Below, piece after piece: positions 8,860 through 19,078 of a stretch of DNA of 64,000 bases. The first letter of the stretch is position 1. Every line of letters starts with the position of its first letter. The position numbers and the translations under genes are program-made. The notes beneath the pieces were generated by a model. That model was given only the letters and a program-made list of their open reading frames with translations. It had not been told where the DNA came from and did not search any database. The DNA lies in IMG/VR virus record IMGVR_UViG_3300017963_000188, positions 62,001-126,000 of that record, one strand, 5' to 3'.

Positions 8860-10293
8860 ATGTGGTTTGACGTAGATAAAGATGGGCTGTCAAAGTTGCT
8901 TGCCAAACGGGGTAAAGAGTTCGTCCTGTTTGAACTGATCCAAAATGCCTGGGATACTGACACCAAAGAAGTATACATTTATCTCAAGAAGCTTACAGGT
9001 AGACCTCTAGCAGAACTTGAGGTTGAAGATGAAGACCCTGAAGGTTTTGCAGACTTGGCTCACAGCTACACCTTATTTGCTGAGAGTCTGAAGAAAGGAG
9101 ACCCTTCTAAAAGAGGTCGATTCAATCTGGGTGAGAAGCTCGTTTTGGCTCTCTGCAAATCAGCAGAAGTGTCAAGCACCAAAGGGACAGTCATCTTTCT
9201 AGAAGACGGAACTCGGAAACGATCTCGTCGTAAGTTGGAAGCTGGTAGTATTTTCAAAGCCCAAATCAAAATGACTCAAGAGGAGTATGAGAAGGTCTGT
9301 GAAGAGGTCCAGAAGCTCATCCCTCCCCCAGGTATCAAGACTCATTTTAATGGTCATATGTTGGAACGTCGTAAGCCTGTGACCACTTTCCAAGCCCCTC
9401 TACAGACCGTGAAATCAGATGATGAAGGGAACCTGACCAGGACGGTCAGGAAATGTGATGTATCTGTCTATGAACCAAAGGAAGGTGAGGTAGCCCATAT
9501 ATACGAAATGGGCATTCCTGTAGTTGAAACGGGAGACTTCTATCATATCGATGTTGGACAGAAAGTCCCATTAAACATGGACCGTGATAATGTGCCCCCT
9601 TCATTCCGTAAAACCCTCAGAACTTTGGTGCTGAATGAGACCTACAATCTTGTTCCTGAAGAAGAGGCTTCCAAGCCTTGGGTCAATGAAGCTTTAGAAC
9701 ATGAACAAGTGAGTAAGGAAGCTGTAAACACCACTCTCACCAAACGGTTTGGAGAGAAACGAGCCATTTACGACATGAAAGACAAGGAGGCTAATAACCG
9801 TCTCACTTCTGAAGGTTACCAGGTTATGTATGGTGGTTCCTTCTCTAAACCAGCATGGGAAAATATCAAGAAGCATGAAGCTGCTCTTCCATCTGGTGTG
9901 ATTCGGCCCACTCCCAAACCTTACGGTGATGGTCCCGATACAGTAGAGATTATCCCAGAGCACAAATGGACTCCAGGGATGAAACGAGTTGTGAAGCTGG
10001 CAAAAGAACTAGCCATGTCTCTAATGGAAGTTGAGCTAACAGTCAGGATCGTTAGAGCTAAGAATAGTTTTGGAGCCTGTTACGGTGATGACCGTCTTGA
10101 TCTAAATCTTGATGCTCTGGGGCATCGTTGGTTTAACAGCTATAATCTAGAGGAAATTCTAGATTTATTGATCCATGAATTTGGGCATCATTACGAAAGT
10201 AATCATCTGAGTGATAGATATTACAATGCCTTATCCAGCCTTGCTGCTCAGCTAGCCGTCCTGGCTCTAGAATGCCCAGATCTCTTTGATTGA
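8860..10293 (+). CDS. GHKL (HSP90-like) ATPase with C-terminal HExxH motif
   Basis: ELIQNAWD (N box), EDEDPEG, RGRFNLGEK; LLIHEFGHH; start at ATG 8860 after GAGGAGG. Confidence 0.75.
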   Translation: MWFDVDKDGLSKLLAKRGKEFVLFELIQNAWDTDTKEVYIYLKKLTGRPLAELEVEDEDPEGFADLAHSYTLFAESLKKGDPSKRGRFNLGEKLVLALCKSAEVSSTKGTVIFLEDGTRKRSRRKLEAGSIFKAQIKMTQEEYEKVCEEVQKLIPPPGIKTHFNGHMLERRKPVTTFQAPLQTVKSDDEGNLTRTVRKCDVSVYEPKEGEVAHIYEMGIPVVETGDFYHIDVGQKVPLNMDRDNVPPSFRKTLRTLVLNETYNLVPEEEASKPWVNEALEHEQVSKEAVNTTLTKRFGEKRAIYDMKDKEANNRLTSEGYQVMYGGSFSKPAWENIKKHEAALPSGVIRPTPKPYGDGPDTVEIIPEHKWTPGMKRVVKLAKELAMSLMEVELTVRIVRAKNSFGACYGDDRLDLNLDALGHRWFNSYNLEEILDLLIHEFGHHYESNHLSDRYYNALSSLAAQLAVLALECPDLFD

Positions 10294-10352
10294 TTTTTTA
10301 TTTATATAGAACTAAAGTAGCATTGAAACCAAGCTCTTTGTAGGAGATAGGA

Positions 10353-10766
10353 ATGTTAAGTAAAGAACTGAAAAAGATTGCAAAGAACATTAATAACCCC
10401 CCGAAGACTTCTGCCTTCATGGAGCCTGAAATCATCTTGGATGATTGGGTTTCTGTCGATGGTCCTATGGGTGGGGAGTCTACCCCTGCTGAATATATAG
10501 ATCTTGATGAAGTAGCTGAACTTCAGAAAGAGATTGATGAAAAGGGTGAAGTCTCTCTGGAAGGAACTTCATTGAATGACTACTTCGAGAACCGTTCAGC
10601 CTATGAGATTGAAGTCTCCAAGGGATATGGTGCTCGTCTTTCAGCTCCTGGATATATGGATGCCACAGGTTGGTCTGTTTTTGACACTGAGGCAGAGGCC
10701 CGAGAATATCTGATGGAGACATATGACCTAGATGAAAATCTTGAAGAGATTGAAGAAGATTGGTAG
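10353..10766 (+). CDS. acidic hypothetical protein with SKELKKIAKNI leader
   Basis: 137 aa; GARLSAPGYMDATGW motif. Confidence 0.75.
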   Translation: MLSKELKKIAKNINNPPKTSAFMEPEIILDDWVSVDGPMGGESTPAEYIDLDEVAELQKEIDEKGEVSLEGTSLNDYFENRSAYEIEVSKGYGARLSAPGYMDATGWSVFDTEAEAREYLMETYDLDENLEEIEEDW

Positions 10767-11027
10767 TTAATCTATAGTCGCACCACTCGTAGCATGTGTT
10801 GACCAATAGATACCCCCATCTACAACTATTGTTCTACAATTGCATTGCTTGATTTCTGGACTCCAGATGGTTTTACATCTAGGACATTCCCATCCCTGAT
10901 TTATTTGCACAGATTCAAATGTGACCTTAATCTTGTTTGGATTGTTGGGACAGTTCCAAGCATGATTACCTGCCGTATCCATTTCACAACATGGACACCC
11001 ACCTGGTCTGTTTGCATAATCATCCAT
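10767..11027 (-). CDS. Cys-rich hypothetical protein
   Basis: 86 aa; GWECPRCKTIWSP. Confidence 0.6.
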   Translation of the reverse strand: MDDYANRPGGCPCCEMDTAGNHAWNCPNNPNKIKVTFESVQINQGWECPRCKTIWSPEIKQCNCRTIVVDGGIYWSTHATSGATID

Positions 11028-11073
11028 TTTACACCTCCAAAATAATTATTCTCTGGTAATATATTAAAAGGAG

Positions 11074-11268
11074 GTGATTATTATGTCCACAATTTTAATT
11101 GAATACGATGAAGAAATAGTGGTTGAGGATCGGGATGCTAAACTCTTTGTGATCCAAGGTGAAGAGATGTGGGTTCCAGAGTCTTTGATTGACCATCAAG
11201 ATGAAGATGACCAAACTATAGAAATTCCTCGATGGAAAGCAAAAGACCTGGGACTCATAGAAGATTGA
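11074..11268 (+). CDS. small beta-rich hypothetical protein
   Basis: AGGAGG SD; EEMWVPESLI motif. Confidence 0.65.
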   Translation: MIIMSTILIEYDEEIVVEDRDAKLFVIQGEEMWVPESLIDHQDEDDQTIEIPRWKAKDLGLIED

Positions 11269-11326
11269 TATCCTTTTTATATTCTCTAGAAATGAGTTAG
11301 ATTTCTACTTTCAAGGAGATATAAAA

Positions 11327-12004
11327 ATGAAAACAGCAACCATGGAAGAACTTGTTGAAGAATATAGTCTTGATGATTCCCAATCCAAAATCATCAATGA
11401 ATTCCTCGAAGAGCTAGACTTTGAACCTGATGATGTAGATGCTATCGAGGAAGGAGAAGGATATACCAGAGCCGGTATGAGAGTGGAGATTGGGAGTCAA
11501 GAATTCCTGATCTTTGAAGACTATGATGATGCTGAAGAAGAGGCCAAACAAGATGTCCTCAATCTGATTGAAGAGATTGGTCTTGGGGACATGAACTACT
11601 GGCAGCAATTTGTTGATGAAGACAAAGCAGAAAGTTTCTTCCGTGACGTATATATGGAATGGAATTATGGCTATGCTAATGACATCGAGAGTGAGTCTGC
11701 TAGTGATAGTGACTATGACAACCGTCTCGAAGAGGAAATGGCTGAACGTGGTGCCGATGACATGGATGAGTTTGTCGAGATGATGACTGATGAACAAATC
11801 GATGAAGGTGATGGTGGATTTGAATATTACAAAAACAATTTTGGTGAAGAAGAAGCTCAAAAACTTCTCATTGACCAAAACTTGGTTGATATCGATGCCT
11901 ATGCAGAATACTGTGTCAACACCGATGGTGTAGCTCACTTCCTGGGTCGTTACGATGGTAATGAATACGGTGGGTACAGTTGGTATGCTTATCGGCAGAA
12001 CTAG
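11327..12004 (+). CDS. highly acidic hypothetical protein
   Basis: 225 aa, D/E-rich, AGGAG SD, begins MKTA. Confidence 0.8.
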   Translation: MKTATMEELVEEYSLDDSQSKIINEFLEELDFEPDDVDAIEEGEGYTRAGMRVEIGSQEFLIFEDYDDAEEEAKQDVLNLIEEIGLGDMNYWQQFVDEDKAESFFRDVYMEWNYGYANDIESESASDSDYDNRLEEEMAERGADDMDEFVEMMTDEQIDEGDGGFEYYKNNFGEEEAQKLLIDQNLVDIDAYAEYCVNTDGVAHFLGRYDGNEYGGYSWYAYRQN

Positions 12005-12228
12005 AGAACCCCAGCTTTAACATCCTCACGTCTCTTTTTGGTACGTTTCAATAATTCATTAGGTTCCCAAGTACGTCCCGTTTTAAATGTGCTGCATGGG
12101 AAAGGTCTATCATACACAAGGTTGTAGTCTACAGATAACTGCCCTGTATGCCTAGCCTCTTGGTCATAAGGAAAGCATGGGAAATGTTTGCAGGTAATGC
12201 AAATTATTTCTTCTTTTCTGAATTCCAT
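12001..12228 (-). CDS. hypothetical protein
   Basis: 75-aa ORF following phosphoesterase. Confidence 0.5.
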   Translation of the reverse strand: MEFRKEEIICITCKHFPCFPYDQEARHTGQLSVDYNLVYDRPFPCSTFKTGRTWEPNELLKRTKKRREDVKAGVL

Positions 12229-12231
12229 AAT

Positions 12232-12954
12232 TCATATAGTGACTATTAATTGATCATTGAAACCTTGGTTCTCATCCATCTTGACATATCCAAACGGATT
12301 ACAAATAACCCTGGTTTCATCTATCATGTAATCCTTTGAATCGTGCATATGACCATGAATCCAAATTTTTGGTTTTTGTTTCATAATCATCTTCTCTACA
12401 TCACATACAAAAAATGGATTCAATGTGGATGCTTTATATTCATCTCCCACACTTTGATAACTAGGGGCATGATGAGTGATCACTACATCTCCTGGTCTCA
12501 TATTGTTACGTAGAAATTCAAGACCTTTGCTATTTTTACGATACACATGTTTCCTGAAATCTTTAATTTGATTGAAATCATTAAGGTTATGTTCATACCC
12601 CACGGCTCGATAATCAAATGGAAACCACATGGTAGTGCCAAGAAATCTCTGACCTCCACACACCACCAGACCAGGGTTGAGCACCTTGAATTTATCAGTG
12701 GAACATGATTCTAATATAGCATCAACAACTTCAAATGATGTGGTGTAATACTCATGGTTACCTGGTACATACAAGATGTCCACAGGATATTTATCACATA
12801 ACAGTTCTATGACCTTGACCAAACGACCTCCCACAGAGAGATCCCCAGCAATGATCAGCAAGTCAACTCCTTCAGGATTCAGTGAATCAATGAAAGACCG
12901 TCCTTGATCCTGATGGAATTCAAGATGTAGATCTGACAAAATTTGTATATTCAT
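12232..12954 (-). CDS. calcineurin-like metallophosphoesterase
   Basis: SDLH, AGD, GNHE, THH, GHMH motifs. Confidence 0.92.
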   Translation of the reverse strand: MNIQILSDLHLEFHQDQGRSFIDSLNPEGVDLLIIAGDLSVGGRLVKVIELLCDKYPVDILYVPGNHEYYTTSFEVVDAILESCSTDKFKVLNPGLVVCGGQRFLGTTMWFPFDYRAVGYEHNLNDFNQIKDFRKHVYRKNSKGLEFLRNNMRPGDVVITHHAPSYQSVGDEYKASTLNPFFVCDVEKMIMKQKPKIWIHGHMHDSKDYMIDETRVICNPFGYVKMDENQGFNDQLIVTI

Positions 12955-13018
12955 ATCCCTCTCCTACACAGAGCCTCAAATATAGAATACCAATGATGTT
13001 TGATTTTACAGCAGATGC

Positions 13019-13585
13019 TTATTTGATCAAAGACCAAAATTCTTCTGGGTCTTTAAGGGATTTAGATTCTAGAATCATCACTGATTTTAGTAGATTAACA
13101 GCTTTCTTTTTACCATCCCATTTAAGTGTGATGAGATTAGTATCTGTGAATTCATAATCTATCGGGTCATCTACATCTAGATTTATAGTGTCTAGGGCAT
13201 CATCAAACCGTAGTTCTAGATCAGTCAGTAACTTCTCCAACTGTTTTCGTGGTACTCCCCAGACAGGATCAGAACCCCAATTTTGTTCTGTAGAAGAAGC
13301 CGATTCAAGCTCTTCCATTGCAGTGTTGAGGTCATCTTTCTTGAGAGCCTTGATTGCAGCATCACCATATTTGGATGCTGATTTAGCATCTTCCTGAACT
13401 CTTCTTGAATACAGCTCAGCTTCTTCTTGCACTTCTTGTGGCATCTCTTCAGTGGCACTTCCTGACCCCTCAAGAAAATATGTCTCTCCATCATGGTCTT
13501 GAAAAGCATTAGCCCAATCCCAATCGGTCCAATCATTTTGTGCTTTTTCTATAGCTGAAATTATTCTATCTACTTCTGGTAGCAT
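13019..13585 (-). CDS. hypothetical protein with EVDRIISAIEKAQ leader
   Basis: 188 aa, AAGGAG SD. Confidence 0.75.
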   Translation of the reverse strand: MLPEVDRIISAIEKAQNDWTDWDWANAFQDHDGETYFLEGSGSATEEMPQEVQEEAELYSRRVQEDAKSASKYGDAAIKALKKDDLNTAMEELESASSTEQNWGSDPVWGVPRKQLEKLLTDLELRFDDALDTINLDVDDPIDYEFTDTNLITLKWDGKKKAVNLLKSVMILESKSLKDPEEFWSLIK

Positions 13586-13612
13586 GGCTCACTCCTTTAT
13601 AGATAATACCAA

Positions 13613-13628
13613 TATAAATAGATTTATA
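13613..13628. promoter_or_regulatory. palindromic class B site between divergent genes
   Basis: TATAAAT-AG-ATTTATA; analogous site at 35610..35626. Confidence 0.5.
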
Positions 13629-13669
13629 ATCCTTCTTTATGATTCAATATATAGAACTGGAGGTACAAT

Positions 13670-14680
13670 ATGGGTAATGAAAAATACCAGGATGGAAGCA
13701 GCATCTGTGTTGTGGCAAAAGTACCTGAACATATCGCTTGTCAATTCCCAAAAGATGCTGATGAAGATGCTGATGATCCACATATCACAGTGCTTTATAT
13801 TGGTGATATGCCTAGAGAGAAGACAGGCACATTAATCAATACCTGCAAAAACATTTTTGGTCAGATACCATTTTTACGAGCAAGGTTAGATTCGAAGGTC
13901 TCATACTTTGACCCCTCAGATAGCTCAGAGGGTCGTAGAGTAGCTAAACTAGATGTTAAATGCCCTGACCTTCATTATTTCCACAAGCGTCTCTGGGACG
14001 AATTAGAAGGTGCTGGTGTGGATGTAGCTCATTCATTCCCTGAATACCATCCTCATGTCACTTTGGATTACATAGAACCAGACACTGAATATGAAGGTCC
14101 AGTACCTAATGGTGAATGGGATATTGATGGTATTGAGATTTGGGGGTGGGAAGATCATATCAGAATCCCGTTTATCAGCATTGAAATCATAGCTGATAAT
14201 GTTGTAGCTAGGGTCTTAGCAAACCGTGTAGTTTCTAGAGTTATGCAAGCACAATGGTCACGTCTAAAAAATCACTTCAATGTCAGAAACCCTCTGTTCC
14301 ATGCCACTACTGGACCCCGTGCTATGAAAGTCATTGAAGAAGGATTCAAATCAGATAGTGGATATTCTGATTACGGGATGGGAAATGTTTTGGGAGTCTC
14401 TTTCTCAAGAAGCCTCGAATATCTATTAGGAGGTCACTTCGGGAATGCTATCTTTGTGGTAGATAAAGATGAACTTGGGAGCAAGTTCAAAGTAGATCAT
14501 GTAGAGTCTTATCCAGAAGAACGAGAAGAGAGGGTAGTCACCAAACACCTTCCACCCAAATACATCAAGGGATTAATCTTCAATGGTAAGCTATTGAAAG
14601 GAGACTTCCCATACTTTTCATCACTACCTTTTCCAGTTGTGCATCGACCAAAAAGTGACTGGGTATTGATTGGAGAATGA
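13670..14680 (+). CDS. 2H phosphoesterase (Acb1-like) fused to ADP-ribosyltransferase-like domain
   Basis: HITV and HVTL motifs; C-terminal LFHAT...GVSFSRS...EREERV. Confidence 0.75.
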   Translation: MGNEKYQDGSSICVVAKVPEHIACQFPKDADEDADDPHITVLYIGDMPREKTGTLINTCKNIFGQIPFLRARLDSKVSYFDPSDSSEGRRVAKLDVKCPDLHYFHKRLWDELEGAGVDVAHSFPEYHPHVTLDYIEPDTEYEGPVPNGEWDIDGIEIWGWEDHIRIPFISIEIIADNVVARVLANRVVSRVMQAQWSRLKNHFNVRNPLFHATTGPRAMKVIEEGFKSDSGYSDYGMGNVLGVSFSRSLEYLLGGHFGNAIFVVDKDELGSKFKVDHVESYPEEREERVVTKHLPPKYIKGLIFNGKLLKGDFPYFSSLPFPVVHRPKSDWVLIGE

Positions 14681-15164
14681 CATGAAATATGTATTACACA
14701 TCTGGGGTACTATCATTTGGTTACCAATTTCACTTCTCTTCTATCTGTTCTATATTGGCCCCTGCCTTATATTCAAGCAACTATATTGGGATGGCTGGGC
14801 AGATTTCTTAATACCCAAGTTTGTGGTTAAAGAAGATACAGCAGCAGCCTGGTTTCTTTCTCTATGGGGTGGTTGGTGGGGTCATGCATTACCAACATTT
14901 ATTGTGACAAGACATGATACAGATGATGAAAGACAGAAAAAAACTTTAGTCCATGAATGCCGTCATGTTTGGCAACTCTTTGTATTCTGGATCTTCCAAC
15001 CAATTATCTATGCTTGCCATACCCTATACCTATACATCTTCACAAAACGACATGCTTACTACGATAATTGGTTTGAACGGGATGCTCGTAGAGCTGCGGG
15101 TCAACTTGTAGACATCCCCCCTGAGATGTGGCGTGATCCTAACGATAGGTGGCCTTGGTGGTAG
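14670..15164 (+). CDS. membrane protein with HExxH motif
   Basis: hydrophobic segments; LVHECRHVWQ...YYDNWFERDA. Confidence 0.7.
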   Translation: MENDMKYVLHIWGTIIWLPISLLFYLFYIGPCLIFKQLYWDGWADFLIPKFVVKEDTAAAWFLSLWGGWWGHALPTFIVTRHDTDDERQKKTLVHECRHVWQLFVFWIFQPIIYACHTLYLYIFTKRHAYYDNWFERDARRAAGQLVDIPPEMWRDPNDRWPWW

Positions 15165-15461
15165 GTGAAGCGTAGCCCACTCAAATATGGCATACTCGTC
15201 AAGATCAAACAAGCCAAACCATGGTTCTGGAAAACGTGTGATAAATGTGGGGATCAGTACAAGAAAGAACAGATTTGGAAACTAATAATTGAATGGGAGG
15301 GGCCGATAGTTCCTCTACCTAACCCACATACCACATATCTTTGTTCACATTGCTGCCCTTCAAAAGATGTTGTGATATCTTTTCTAAAAACACAAATTCA
15401 AATACTGTATCGTTGGACAGAAGAGCGTTGGGGGAAAGAACCGAAGCTGATTATTCTCTAG
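15165..15461 (+). CDS. Cys-rich hypothetical protein
   Basis: 98 aa, CxxC pairs, GTG start abutting upstream stop. Confidence 0.55.
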   Translation: MKRSPLKYGILVKIKQAKPWFWKTCDKCGDQYKKEQIWKLIIEWEGPIVPLPNPHTTYLCSHCCPSKDVVISFLKTQIQILYRWTEERWGKEPKLIIL

Positions 15462-15701
15462 TTATTTCCCTTGAAATATAGGTTTTGAATCTGTAAATTC
15501 TTGGTCATAGAGAGCTAGTTCAGGTACATAATCTTTTCGTTCTCTAGTTAAATCTGCTACTCGATGGAACCTATCGATATGGAATTTGAGATGCTCTTTG
15601 CACAACGTAAATCCAAAAGCTGAATTGAAGGTTCCTAGCTTGCCACATTTAATCTTTGTTCCATTCTCCTTATAACCAATCGTTTGGTCACATCTTGTCA
15701 T
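15462..15701 (-). CDS. hypothetical protein
   Basis: 79 aa, overlaps phosphatase stop. Confidence 0.55.
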   Translation of the reverse strand: MTRCDQTIGYKENGTKIKCGKLGTFNSAFGFTLCKEHLKFHIDRFHRVADLTRERKDYVPELALYDQEFTDSKPIFQGK

Positions 15702-16209
15702 CCTCAGATCCTTTAGCTATATCTTCGTAACCCCAATAGTTACTGACCTCTCTTAAAGATCTGAGTACAAAAGAGTTAGGGCGTATCTGTGGGTTGTCCC
15801 TTTTAAACCTTGAATAGTCTAGGTTTAATATATCGTTTATGAATGTGGCAACCGCTCCAGACCTAGCAATTCCAGCCATACAATGAACAACTAGCACTTC
15901 TCTAGAATCTCGTTTTTGTAGAGTATTGACAAACTCAATAATTTGTTTTGCCTGTTCTTTATTGAATAAAAAATCCTTAGATATAGAGCTGTCTTTTGAA
16001 ATTTCTTCAGGAGTGAGATCTCCAAATTGAAGTTGCAAAATATCTTTGCAACCGAGCATTGTTTTGAGACGTAGCTTTTCACTATTGGTGAGAGATTCTT
16101 CTATAGTGGTGGTGATGGAAATGAGATTCCAAGAATAGAAAGGTTCAATGCTCTTCGAAATCCAATGATAGATTTCTTGAATCGGGTATACTTTGATTTT
16201 CTGAATCAT
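15688..16209 (-). CDS. protein tyrosine/dual-specificity phosphatase-like protein
   Basis: VVHCMAGIARS (CX5R). Confidence 0.85.
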   Translation of the reverse strand: MIQKIKVYPIQEIYHWISKSIEPFYSWNLISITTTIEESLTNSEKLRLKTMLGCKDILQLQFGDLTPEEISKDSSISKDFLFNKEQAKQIIEFVNTLQKRDSREVLVVHCMAGIARSGAVATFINDILNLDYSRFKRDNPQIRPNSFVLRSLREVSNYWGYEDIAKGSEDDKM

Positions 16210-16468
16210 CTTCTTTCTCTATTACAAAATCAGGATTATATCCTTCGTTGTAGTCATGTTGAGATGTACCTTCAACTTCCCAACATAATTCACTGTCATC
16301 AATATCAGATCTATCAACATCTAATTGACCTCTAGATTCTCGAAGTTCATTCCTTACTTTTTCATAAGCTATCTTACGAGCTTCTTTCACATCCATATCA
16401 CCTTCAATCTTCACTACAGCATCGTAAAATACCCTAGCACTGCATTCAATCCCAATGTAATGTGTCAT
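16145..16468 (-). CDS. acidic hypothetical protein
   Basis: 107 aa in operon. Confidence 0.6.
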   Translation of the reverse strand: MTHYIGIECSARVFYDAVVKIEGDMDVKEARKIAYEKVRNELRESRGQLDVDRSDIDDSELCWEVEGTSQHDYNEGYNPDFVIEKEDDSENQSIPDSRNLSLDFEEH

Positions 16469-17140
16469 CTACCATCTCCAAGAATAGCGTTTATGGTCAC
16501 GATCTTCTTTTTTCTTTTTACTACGAAGCATGTTCTCTACCCAAGCCCCCCTCCATGAATCGTAGTTATCTCGATTTAAGCACCGAGCAAATTTCCTATT
16601 GAGCTTTGAGATGCTCTTTAGATTATCGGTACACATATTGTACCAGATGTCAAAATAAATGGTGTCATATTTCACACCTTTATCAGGTTTCCATTCAAAG
16701 ATATCAGCCTGGACTATCTTCAACTTGTGGGGGTCCCACATAGCATTTCTGAGATGTGGTTCCACCAACTCAATGACTTCAGATGATTTTTCAATCACAG
16801 TGATAGAACTCACTTCTTCTTTCTCGGCAATGGGGAGTATGATCATTCCAATACCAAGACCTGCAATTAGAACATTACCATTAGATTTCCACACTACATC
16901 AAGATTGGATCTGCGTTCATGACCAGTATCAGACATGATAATGTCCCAACCATTATTGAGCTGGCAATATTTACCAGGAGATACGAAGGAATTACCACCT
17001 CGAAGTGCTGTGAACATACTGTCTTCTTCTGAAACAGTAATGTGTTCGATTTTATAATTCCCCACCTTCCCTTCGGGAATTACATGTATCATCTGGTAAT
17101 AGGTCCTGTCGTGCTTGGGAATCTCCATCTGTCTCCTCAT
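16469..17140 (-). CDS. spermidine-synthase-like SAM methyltransferase
   Basis: VLIAGLGIG, TVIEKS, ADIFEW, YDTIYFDIW. Confidence 0.8.
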   Translation of the reverse strand: MRRQMEIPKHDRTYYQMIHVIPEGKVGNYKIEHITVSEEDSMFTALRGGNSFVSPGKYCQLNNGWDIIMSDTGHERRSNLDVVWKSNGNVLIAGLGIGMIILPIAEKEEVSSITVIEKSSEVIELVEPHLRNAMWDPHKLKIVQADIFEWKPDKGVKYDTIYFDIWYNMCTDNLKSISKLNRKFARCLNRDNYDSWRGAWVENMLRSKKKKEDRDHKRYSWRW

Positions 17141-17270
17141 CTTCCTCAGACATAGCTACAGTTTTGCCTGTTTTCAAATTTACATAATGAGAACCTATTA
17201 CGGACCATCCATCATCATCTATTTTATATTCTCCTTCAAGCATCTTGTTCTTTCCGATGTTGAAACACAA
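17052..17270 (-). CDS. small hypothetical protein
   Basis: 72-aa ORF between cca and methyltransferase; start uncertain. Confidence 0.4.
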   Translation of the reverse strand: MCFNIGKNKMLEGEYKIDDDGWSVIGSHYVNLKTGKTVAMSEEDEETDGDSQARQDLLPDDTCNSRREGGEL

Positions 17271-18594
17271 TCTGCATCAGAGCTTCCATGTTGTTGTCTT
17301 CTGGCACATCCAGGACATGCTCCATCAAAGCATTCAACACTACACCCACTTGAGGACCAGGCTTGACACCCAGAGCCTGCATCACATCATGCCCATCCAC
17401 AGCCAAGTTACGTGGACTATTGGGGGTGAAGTCTTTTTGCTCATCACATCGTTTCTTGAAGGTCACGAAATCTTCGTGGTCCTTCTCAGACATCCCAGCA
17501 GAACGACTCCCAGCTTTGTCTGCAAAGCTCAAGATGAAAAAGTCTTTCAGACGTTCTTTCCCAATCTTGTTGATAAACCTTCTCACACCAGGATCTTTCA
17601 TCCTCCTGTTGCTTTGATCTGCCATATGGTGAAACACCAAATGCTTTACGAATTCTCGTTCTTCATTGGAGAACTTCATTCGACGCATGAAGTCTTCAGT
17701 GATACGAGCTGATTCTTTTTGATGATCTATGAATGCAAATTCACCTCGACGTTCGTCAAATTCCCTGACCACAGGCTTTCCAATATCATGTAGGAAAGCA
17801 GCCAGACGGATCAAGGGCCTATCAGCAGGGACATTCTTGATCACTGCTACGGTATGTCCCCACACATCAAAGTCATGGTAATGGTTCTGCTTGCAATCAA
17901 ACATAGCCTCTGCTTCTGGGCAGAAGTGTTCAAACAGACCACAGATTCTCAACTGTCTTAGGCCAGTTTCCACATGTTCTGAAGACAGAATCTTCATGAA
18001 CTCATCCCTGATTCGTTCTGGTGATACCTTAGTCAAGACCTTTGAACAGTCCTTCATTGCTTGCAAAGTAAATGGTTCGATCTGAAATCCTAACCGAGAT
18101 GCAAATCTGATTGCTCTCATCACTCTCAGACCGTCTTCCAAAAACCGATCCTTAGCTTTCCCTACTGCTTGGATCAACCCTGCCTTCAGGTCTTTCTCTC
18201 CACCAAAAGGATCTACCAAGACATCATCAATAGGATCAAAAGCCATTGCATTGATAGTGAAGTCACGACGGCTCAGGTCCTCATTAATGTCACTGATAAA
18301 ATCCACAGAATCAGGACGACGACCATCACTGTAGTTTCCATCACCCCTTAGGGTAGTGGCTTCAAAACCCTCACCATCAATCATGACTGTAACGGTACCA
18401 TACTCGATTCCCGTGGGTACAACTTTGGGGAACATGGCTACTACTTGATCTGGAAGAGCAGAAGTACAGATGTCCCAGTCTTTTGGATCTAGACCTAGAA
18501 TTGCATCTCGAACAGACCCACCTACGATGTGGGCAGAGAAGCCTTTTTCCTTCAGGCTCTTGATGATTTCTACAACTGGCTCTGGAACTCTCAT
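17236..18594 (-). CDS. cca: CCA tRNA nucleotidyltransferase with HD domain
   Basis: VGGSVRD, DWD, DLSRRDFTINAMA, EDGLRVMRAIRF, FLHDIGK. Confidence 0.93.
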   Translation of the reverse strand: MRVPEPVVEIIKSLKEKGFSAHIVGGSVRDAILGLDPKDWDICTSALPDQVVAMFPKVVPTGIEYGTVTVMIDGEGFEATTLRGDGNYSDGRRPDSVDFISDINEDLSRRDFTINAMAFDPIDDVLVDPFGGEKDLKAGLIQAVGKAKDRFLEDGLRVMRAIRFASRLGFQIEPFTLQAMKDCSKVLTKVSPERIRDEFMKILSSEHVETGLRQLRICGLFEHFCPEAEAMFDCKQNHYHDFDVWGHTVAVIKNVPADRPLIRLAAFLHDIGKPVVREFDERRGEFAFIDHQKESARITEDFMRRMKFSNEEREFVKHLVFHHMADQSNRRMKDPGVRRFINKIGKERLKDFFILSFADKAGSRSAGMSEKDHEDFVTFKKRCDEQKDFTPNSPRNLAVDGHDVMQALGVKPGPQVGVVLNALMEHVLDVPEDNNMEALMQIVFQHRKEQDA

Positions 18595-18608
18595 ACCATA
18601 CCTCCTAT

Positions 18609-18636
18609 ATTCTATACCGACCTGAACTCTTTTTTT
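18609..18636 (-). promoter_or_regulatory. class A promoter cassette
   Basis: A-tract-N11-CGGTATAGAAT then AGGAGGT before cca. Confidence 0.65.
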
Positions 18637-18727
18637 AAAGAGAATTCTAGACCTAAAATAAATAGAAAAACAATTGGTATAATAATCTGTTTTTGTTAGT
18701 CTAATTCAAACTAGGGTGGAGACAAGT

Positions 18728-19078
18728 ATGGACACACAAAGATTTTTCGATGTAGCTTTACCCACAATGATCCTAAAACAGTGGGATCTTTTCAGAACTT
18801 TGAAAGGTTCTATCTCAGTTCAAATAGATGGGGTTGGTTCTTGGACCGTACAACTGGGTAACATACAAGAGCCCATAGGACCTCCTAAGGAAGGTTCTGA
18901 CCTGAGGCTATGGTTTACCCCTAATGCCTTCCAAGAATTCATTGACGGGCAGCTAGACGTTGTTTCAGCGGCACGTTTGGGTTCTGTCAAAGGTGATGGG
19001 AATTTTGGCCTGTTGGAGAGGCTGGCAGGTCTTTTACAACCCCCAACTTCAGCGTTGGGGCTAATGCTAACACGATAG
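18728..19078 (+). CDS. SCP2 sterol-binding-like protein
   Basis: GVGSWTVQL...F..GQLDVVSAARLGSVKGDGNFGLLERL; GGAG SD before ATG 18728. Confidence 0.7.
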   Translation: MDTQRFFDVALPTMILKQWDLFRTLKGSISVQIDGVGSWTVQLGNIQEPIGPPKEGSDLRLWFTPNAFQEFIDGQLDVVSAARLGSVKGDGNFGLLERLAGLLQPPTSALGLMLTR

